Positions 6,855 to 11,786 of a stretch of DNA of 11,786 nt are shown piece after piece (the stretch's first letter is position 1; the number at the start of each line of letters is the position of its first letter). The position numbers and the translations under genes are program-made. Source of the DNA: an archaeon (GTDB taxonomy: Archaea > EX4484-52 > B79-G9); NCBI GenBank assembly GCA_043813875.1, contig JBDRKP010000066.1, positions 1 through 11,786 on the forward strand, given 5' to 3'. Under the pieces are notes generated by a model. That model made no database searches, had not been told where the DNA came from, and saw only the letters and a list, made by a program, of their open reading frames with translations.

Positions 6855-7724
6855 ATGAAAACCAACGACACCAAAAAAGCCCACGCAGCCCAATGGTCGA
6901 TAGCAGCAAACATATTCCTGCTCGCACTCAAGCTCCTTGCAGGGCTCTACACAGGCTCACTCGGCATAATCGCGGAATTCATCCACTCATTTTTTGACCT
7001 GATAGCATCCATACTCGCATACCTCGGCATAAAAAAAGCCTCACAGCCCGCCGACGAAACCCACCACTACGGCCACGAGAGATTCGAAAACATCTCAAGC
7101 CTCCTGCAATCGCTCCTGATCACACTCACAAGCATCATCATAATCTATGAAGCCTACGGAAAGCTAACAGACTCCACCCACGTCGTAAAAGAGAGCTTCA
7201 TCGGCATAGCCGTCATGGCAGTGACGCTCATAATAGACATCCGCATCTCAAGATACCTCCACGGCAAAAGCACAGAAACCGGCTCACCTGCACTCGAAGC
7301 AGACGCATACCACTTCACGACAGACATACTCAGCACCGTTGCAGTCATCATAGGCCTTGCTGCGACAGCGCTAGGCTACCCCATCGCAGACGTATTAAGC
7401 GCAATCTTCGTCGCCCTCATCATGCTGTACATATCGCTGAACCTCGGCAAAAAAGCAACCTTCGTCATGCTCGACCGCGCACCCGACAGGAAAACCATAG
7501 AAAAGATAGACGCGATAATCAAAGCGAGCAGGAAAGTAAAAAGTCACCACTCCCTCCGCGCAAGAACCGCCGGGAACAAGCTCTTCGTAGACGTCTCCGT
7601 CCACCTCTGCGACAGCCTGACACTTGAAGAAGCGCACAGGATATCCGACGGCCTGGAAAAGAAAATAATCAGAGAATGCCCCGAAGTGAAAGAGATAGTA
7701 ATACACATGGAACCGGAAAAATAA
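6855..7724 (+). CDS. Cation diffusion facilitator (FieF/MamM-like) metal transporter
   Basis: TM2 HSFFD, PADETHHYGHERFE, TM5 ADAYHFTTD and a C-terminal dimerisation domain ending in IHMEP. Confidence 0.95.
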   Translation: MKTNDTKKAHAAQWSIAANIFLLALKLLAGLYTGSLGIIAEFIHSFFDLIASILAYLGIKKASQPADETHHYGHERFENISSLLQSLLITLTSIIIIYEAYGKLTDSTHVVKESFIGIAVMAVTLIIDIRISRYLHGKSTETGSPALEADAYHFTTDILSTVAVIIGLAATALGYPIADVLSAIFVALIMLYISLNLGKKATFVMLDRAPDRKTIEKIDAIIKASRKVKSHHSLRARTAGNKLFVDVSVHLCDSLTLEEAHRISDGLEKKIIRECPEVKEIVIHMEPEK

Positions 7725-7730
7725 AAAAAA
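7723..7730 (-). terminator. Oligo-T terminator candidate for lysS-lysC
   Basis: A8 on + (T8 on -) 9 nt downstream of the lysC stop at 7740. Confidence 0.4.
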
Positions 7731-7739
7731 TCGCCTGAA

Positions 7740-9050
7740 TCACATGCCTTCAATCAGTTCCTTATGCAGCATATTGATCAGGGTATTGGTCTTCCCGTTC
7801 TCCACAACCCCTAAGTAAATAGCAGCGCTCCTCCTGTCATGCGAAATGAACTCGATCTCAAGCCCAAGCTCAGACAGGCACCTGGTAACCTTGTTCAACA
7901 CCCGCGGATTCTCTTCCACATCCTCGCCGACAATCGCGATCGTATGGACACTCTTCTGCCTCACCTCGCCGAACTCCTTGAGCTTGTCCAGAATATTCCG
8001 CTCATCCGTCGTAGTATAGCCGATGATCGGATTCCCTGATATGATGACATCAATATCCTTGCCTATAGCCGAAAACACTTTCGCTAAAAATCCCTCGCTC
8101 CCGATCATCGCCGGATTATGGATAGACGTATGCAGCTGCCTGACCATCGTGATACATTTGATGCCCTTGTTCCTGCTTGAAGGCACAATCCTCGTCCCCT
8201 TATGATCCGGGTTGAACGTATTCTTGATGATTATCGGGATATTGGAACCCTTAAGCGGCTCAAGGATCTTCGGATAGATTATCTTCGTCCCATGACCGGC
8301 CATCTCCTCAGCTTCCGGGTAAGAAATCTCAACAACAGACCGGGCATTCTTTACTATTCTCGGATCAGCAGTAAGTATCCCGTCCTGGTCGCTGTATATA
8401 AGCACTTCGTCAGCCTTTATAGCCTCGCCGATCAGAGTCGCCGTCTGGTCAGACCCGCCGCGGCACATGCAGGTCATCTTCCCGTTCTCATTTGCGATAA
8501 ATCCCTCTGTGATCACAATCTTGCCTTCAGCCATCAAATCAGTGATTATCTTGCTCGAATCCCGTATCTTCTGGAAATATGGATTCCTGTTGATGAAATG
8601 TATCACGAGAAGTGCATCCACATAAGCCATATCAAGCCCCTTGCTCTTGAGCATAAAATAGACAATCTGCGCTGACATCTTCTCGCCGAAACACTCGAGA
8701 GGATAAGTTGGATCAGCCATGCAGGCTTTGATTTCACCAAGAATTCGCCCAATCTCCTTCTTTGCGCCAGCATTGCACCCATCATCATCGATGCACTCAT
8801 CTATAAGCTCGATATGCCGTCTCTTCAACCCGGCAAGTACCTTTTCTTTCTTTGCCGATGTCTTGAGCCCGATAAGCTCATCAGTGACTTTATCATAATC
8901 ATGCGCTTTGCCAAGAGCAGAGACGACCACGCAGATCCTGTTAGGAAGGCCCTTTCTGACGATTTCAGCTACATTCATGAGCGCCTTCTTCTCTGCCACA
9001 GAACTCCCGCCGAATTTCAGGACAAGTGTCTTTTTAGTCATATCAATCAC
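7740..9050 (-). CDS. lysC: Aspartate kinase with C-terminal ACT-like domains (start may be ATG 9041)
   Basis: VLKFGGSSV, VVVSALG, VTDEL, GEKMSA, EGFI, RGGSD, DGILTADPR, ISYPEAEEMA and KNTFNP..GT. A GTGAT SD-like motif precedes ATG 9041. Confidence 0.92.
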   Translation of the reverse strand: MIDMTKKTLVLKFGGSSVAEKKALMNVAEIVRKGLPNRICVVVSALGKAHDYDKVTDELIGLKTSAKKEKVLAGLKRRHIELIDECIDDDGCNAGAKKEIGRILGEIKACMADPTYPLECFGEKMSAQIVYFMLKSKGLDMAYVDALLVIHFINRNPYFQKIRDSSKIITDLMAEGKIVITEGFIANENGKMTCMCRGGSDQTATLIGEAIKADEVLIYSDQDGILTADPRIVKNARSVVEISYPEAEEMAGHGTKIIYPKILEPLKGSNIPIIIKNTFNPDHKGTRIVPSSRNKGIKCITMVRQLHTSIHNPAMIGSEGFLAKVFSAIGKDIDVIISGNPIIGYTTTDERNILDKLKEFGEVRQKSVHTIAIVGEDVEENPRVLNKVTRCLSELGLEIEFISHDRRSAAIYLGVVENGKTNTLINMLHKELIEGM

Positions 9051-9051
9051 G

Positions 9052-10761
9052 TCACGATAATGAACGTAATATTTCAGCAGTCTCTTTTTGACCGATCATA
9101 TTTATAAGTGTTGCCAACTTAGGCCCATGCTCTTTATTCAGCAAAGCAAGATAAGCTGCCGCAAAAAACGCTTTCGGCTTCATGTCAAGCTCAGTTATGA
9201 TCCCCTTTATGATCTCCATATGCTCATCCTCTGTGAATTCCTTACCCTGGGCTATCTTTTTTTGAAACATCTTAAGCGCCATGAGTTCAGTCTTGCCTAT
9301 CTTCTTTCTTGACTCTTCCGGGACCGCCTTGTTCACTATAAATTTGTATTCGTCAGGCGCGAACTCAGTCACCCATTTTTTCGCATAGTTGAGGCGCTCA
9401 GTCACATACAACTTATCCTCTTTGCTGATGGACTTATCGACATGCCCGGTCCTCAAAAGCGTATCAAGCGCCCCTGATGGCTCTGAACATATCTGCACGA
9501 GCGCAGCCGCAAACGTAAACGGTATCTGCGAAGGCATAGTCTTCCTGACCTTTCCCACGTGCGACAACTCATAGACCCTCTTCTCATGCTCTTCTTCCTT
9601 CCTGTTGGCGACAGTCTCCGTTCCGTAATATATGCGCTCAGTCCTGTCATAAGCCTCATATAGCAGTATTATCTTGTTGGTCCCGACAGGATCAAAATCA
9701 ATCACAGCATGCGGTCTAGTCTTCACAAGAAGGTAACGGAGCAGGCTCGCCGGCGCATAATCAGTCATATCCGCAAAGCTCACGCCCCTCCCTTTTGATG
9801 TGCTCATCTTCTTTCCGCCTATCGTGAAAAACTCATAGCCGCTCCCGGTCTCCTTCCTCGTTGAAGGATATGGAGGCGGATAGTCAAAAACCTCATCACT
9901 GATAGCGACAGCCACAGTCCTTGAGCCGCCGTAAGTGAAATGATCCTTCCCGGCAGTCTCGACAGCGACGCCGATAGTAGGCCACTTCGCAGCCCACTCT
10001 ACCTTCCATGGGAACTTGCCGCCGCCATTGTAAGGGCTTGCTTCACCCTCATGCCCGCAGCCTTCTGCCCATTCCACGAGCTTCGGCTCGCAGCGGTACT
10101 TTACGACCTCGCGCACAGGATCCCACTCATAGGCATAAGTAGTCCCGATCCTTCCGCATTTCTCGCATATCGGATTGAAAGGGATCCTTTTAGTCCCGAT
10201 AGACCCCTTGCGCGAGAACCGGCTGTATATCTCCTGTATCTTATCAGCATTATCAAGCGCGATCTTTATGGTCCTGTTGAACCACCCTTTTTCATAAGCA
10301 GCGCCCGTGCTCTGTATCTCGGCCTCGATTCCGAACTCATCGAACTTCTCCACGCACTCAGAAAAATAATAGTCAGCAAAACTCTTGTATCCCTTCACAG
10401 GCGACGGGATATCCCGAAAAGGCACCCCGAGATATTTCTTGAAAGACGGGTCAAGATCCTTGTTCATCTTGTCGAACGGATCCATATCATCAGAAGACAG
10501 GATGAACTTCGCCTTCATGCCCTTGTCCCTCATGGCCTTTGCGATAGAATCATGGATGACCCAGCCCCTTCCGGCGCCGATATGTATCTTCCCGGAAGGC
10601 GTCTTCTCATCATAGACAATATATCCTTTCTCCTTTACGACCTTCTTGAGGATGGGATCAGTTGCGGCGCGCTCCCTGACAACTTCAGCGATATTATCCG
10701 CCCAATGGACGTCTTTTTTTTCCTCAGAATCAATACCTTTCTTTCCTGTCAATATAGTCAC
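9052..10761 (-). CDS. lysS: Lysine--tRNA ligase, class I (start GTG 10761 or TTG 10752)
   Basis: HWAD, TPSGKIHIG (HIGH), DDMDPF, CEKCGR/C..GCGH zinc ribbon, WKVEWAAKW, GKDH, KMSTSKG (KMSKS) and GPKL anticodon-domain motif. Confidence 0.97.
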   Translation of the reverse strand: MTILTGKKGIDSEEKKDVHWADNIAEVVRERAATDPILKKVVKEKGYIVYDEKTPSGKIHIGAGRGWVIHDSIAKAMRDKGMKAKFILSSDDMDPFDKMNKDLDPSFKKYLGVPFRDIPSPVKGYKSFADYYFSECVEKFDEFGIEAEIQSTGAAYEKGWFNRTIKIALDNADKIQEIYSRFSRKGSIGTKRIPFNPICEKCGRIGTTYAYEWDPVREVVKYRCEPKLVEWAEGCGHEGEASPYNGGGKFPWKVEWAAKWPTIGVAVETAGKDHFTYGGSRTVAVAISDEVFDYPPPYPSTRKETGSGYEFFTIGGKKMSTSKGRGVSFADMTDYAPASLLRYLLVKTRPHAVIDFDPVGTNKIILLYEAYDRTERIYYGTETVANRKEEEHEKRVYELSHVGKVRKTMPSQIPFTFAAALVQICSEPSGALDTLLRTGHVDKSISKEDKLYVTERLNYAKKWVTEFAPDEYKFIVNKAVPEESRKKIGKTELMALKMFQKKIAQGKEFTEDEHMEIIKGIITELDMKPKAFFAAAYLALLNKEHGPKLATLINMIGQKETAEILRSLS

Positions 10762-10798
10762 CAGACAAAGTTTCTTTTTTTGGATATATAGTGGATGA

Positions 10799-10816
10799 AC
10801 ACTTTTATTAAAGTGT
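10799..10816. promoter_or_regulatory. Inverted repeat overlapping a TATA-like box upstream of lysS
   Basis: ACACTTT-TATT-AAAGTGT has perfect 7-bp arms; the minus strand contains TTTAATAA. Confidence 0.45.
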
Positions 10817-10878
10817 CCCTTTTAGCAACCCATAAAACCAAACAAATAATTAAAAAATCCAAAAACCGACAAAAACCC

Positions 10879-11095
10879 ATGGAAAACCCACTGCCAACAA
10901 TCGGAATCCTCCTCATCTTCAGAGGCGCGATCACCCTCATCACCAACGCCGTCCAGGAAAGCGACATAAAATCCAGCGACATCGCAGCCATATTCATCGC
11001 CCGATAGCAATAGCCACAGACAATGGGCGCTCACAACCCTCATCCTCGGCATAATCACCTGCCTGCTATACATCTTCTCAAAAAAAACTATATAA
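10879..11095 (+). pseudogene. Frameshifted DUF131/TIGR00304-like small membrane protein
   Basis: Three consecutive frames join to give MENPLPTIGILLIFRGAITLITNAVQESDIKSSDIAAIFI / PIAIATD / QWALTTLILGIITCLLYIFSKKTI*. This resembles the TM - IGPIPI.(G)TD - TM layout of DUF131, with shifts near 11000 and 11021. Confidence 0.55.
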
Positions 11096-11118
11096 GCCGA
11101 AACATACATAAAAGACAG

Positions 11119-11598
11119 ATGAACCACTCAATGAAAACAGGCTTCAGTTTCGGCCTCACTTCCGCCATAATCACAACACTCGGCCTGATGGTAGGCCTCC
11201 ATGCAGGAACCAACTCAAGAACCGCAATCCTCGGCGGCATACTGACAATCGCGATAGCAGACGCATTCTCAGACTCCCTCGGCATCCACATCTCCGAAGA
11301 ATCAGAATGCAAACACACATCAAAAGAGATATGGCAATCAACCATAACCACATTCGCCTCAAAATTCCTTTTCGCACTCACATTCATAATCCCGCTGCTA
11401 ATAACCAGCGAACTGAATACCGCAATAATAATTAGTATAATCTGGGGACTATCAGCATTAAGCTTCCTAAGCTTCAGGATAGCCAAAGCACAGAAAACAG
11501 ACCCAGCGAAAGTCATCGGCGAACATCTGCTGATAGCCCTGACAGTTATAGTCCTGACCCATTACGCCGGTGACTGGATATCAAAAATAATTATTTGA
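11119..11598 (+). CDS. VIT1/CCC1-like membrane protein (start revised from 11023 to ATG 11119)
   Basis: FSFGLTSAIITTLGL, ILTIAIADAFSDSLGIHISEESE and about five TM helices. The first 32 codons of the track ORF overlap the pseudogene, and TATATAA at 11089-11095 lies about 27 nt before ATG 11119. Confidence 0.8.
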   Translation: MNHSMKTGFSFGLTSAIITTLGLMVGLHAGTNSRTAILGGILTIAIADAFSDSLGIHISEESECKHTSKEIWQSTITTFASKFLFALTFIIPLLITSELNTAIIISIIWGLSALSFLSFRIAKAQKTDPAKVIGEHLLIALTVIVLTHYAGDWISKIII

Positions 11599-11600
11599 CG

Positions 11601-11786
11601 CTACTCAACCCTCTCGACAATATTCACGGAATGGTCCCCTATCCTCTCAAGATTATGCAGCACATCAGTGAATATGATACCCGCAGCCGGGTTGCAGACC
11701 CTCTTCTTAAGGCGCATGATATGCATGTGCTCAAACTCTCTCTCGTTCTCATCGATGATATTCTCAAGCTTCATGACAGTCTTGAC
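11601..11786 (-). CDS. 3' end (partial) of a Na/Pi cotransporter family protein (PhoU-like domain)
   Basis: Not in the ORF track. The minus strand reads VKTVMKLENIIDENEREFEHMHIMRLKKRVCNPAAGIIFTDVLHNLERIGDHSVNIVERVE*, with H..RL...C and LERIGDH..NI motifs. Confidence 0.85.
   Translation of the reverse strand, partial: VKTVMKLENIIDENEREFEHMHIMRLKKRVCNPAAGIIFTDVLHNLERIGDHSVNIVERVE

Noticed and set aside
8202..8675. 157-aa + strand ORF and the other short nested ORFs in the track
   Set aside because: All lie inside well-supported genes on another frame or strand and show no motifs.
9940..10791. 283-aa + strand ORF
   Set aside because: Antisense shadow of lysS with no recognisable domain.
10795..10878. 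Upstream start of the 70-aa ORF, and the antisense ORFs 10758-10997 and 10822-11127
   Set aside because: This is A-rich promoter sequence; coding-like signal starts at ATG 10879 on the + strand.
10762..10878. Lysine riboswitch or T-box upstream of lysS-lysC
   Set aside because: The region is short and AT-rich and shows none of the required helices or consensus motifs.
11023..11118. N-terminal extension of the VIT1-like ORF
   Set aside because: It overlaps the DUF131-like pseudogene in another frame, and TATA spacing supports ATG 11119.

Overview
Archaeal genomic DNA. Evidence: class I LysRS, GGGPS and DGGGPS, a PUA/MCTS1-like protein, and TATA boxes about 25 nt upstream of start codons. The compact layout is compatible with a DPANN-type lineage, but that is inference only. 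The left half is an ether-lipid cluster: the 3' end of a degenerate GGGPS-like paralogue, GGGPS sharing a divergent promoter with DGGGPS, an extended SDR, two translationally coupled membrane-anchored Cys-rich DUF116 proteins, and an unannotated 24-codon N-terminal relic of an FAD oxidoreductase (possibly geranylgeranyl reductase). Two AT-rich genes, a PRTase and a radical SAM protein, look inserted into the cluster, and the radical SAM gene sits where the body of the flavoprotein should be. The right half holds a PUA protein, a tandem palindromic repeat, a CDF transporter, a lysS-lysC pair, a frameshifted DUF131-like pseudogene, a VIT1/CCC1 protein and the 3' end of a Na/Pi cotransporter.
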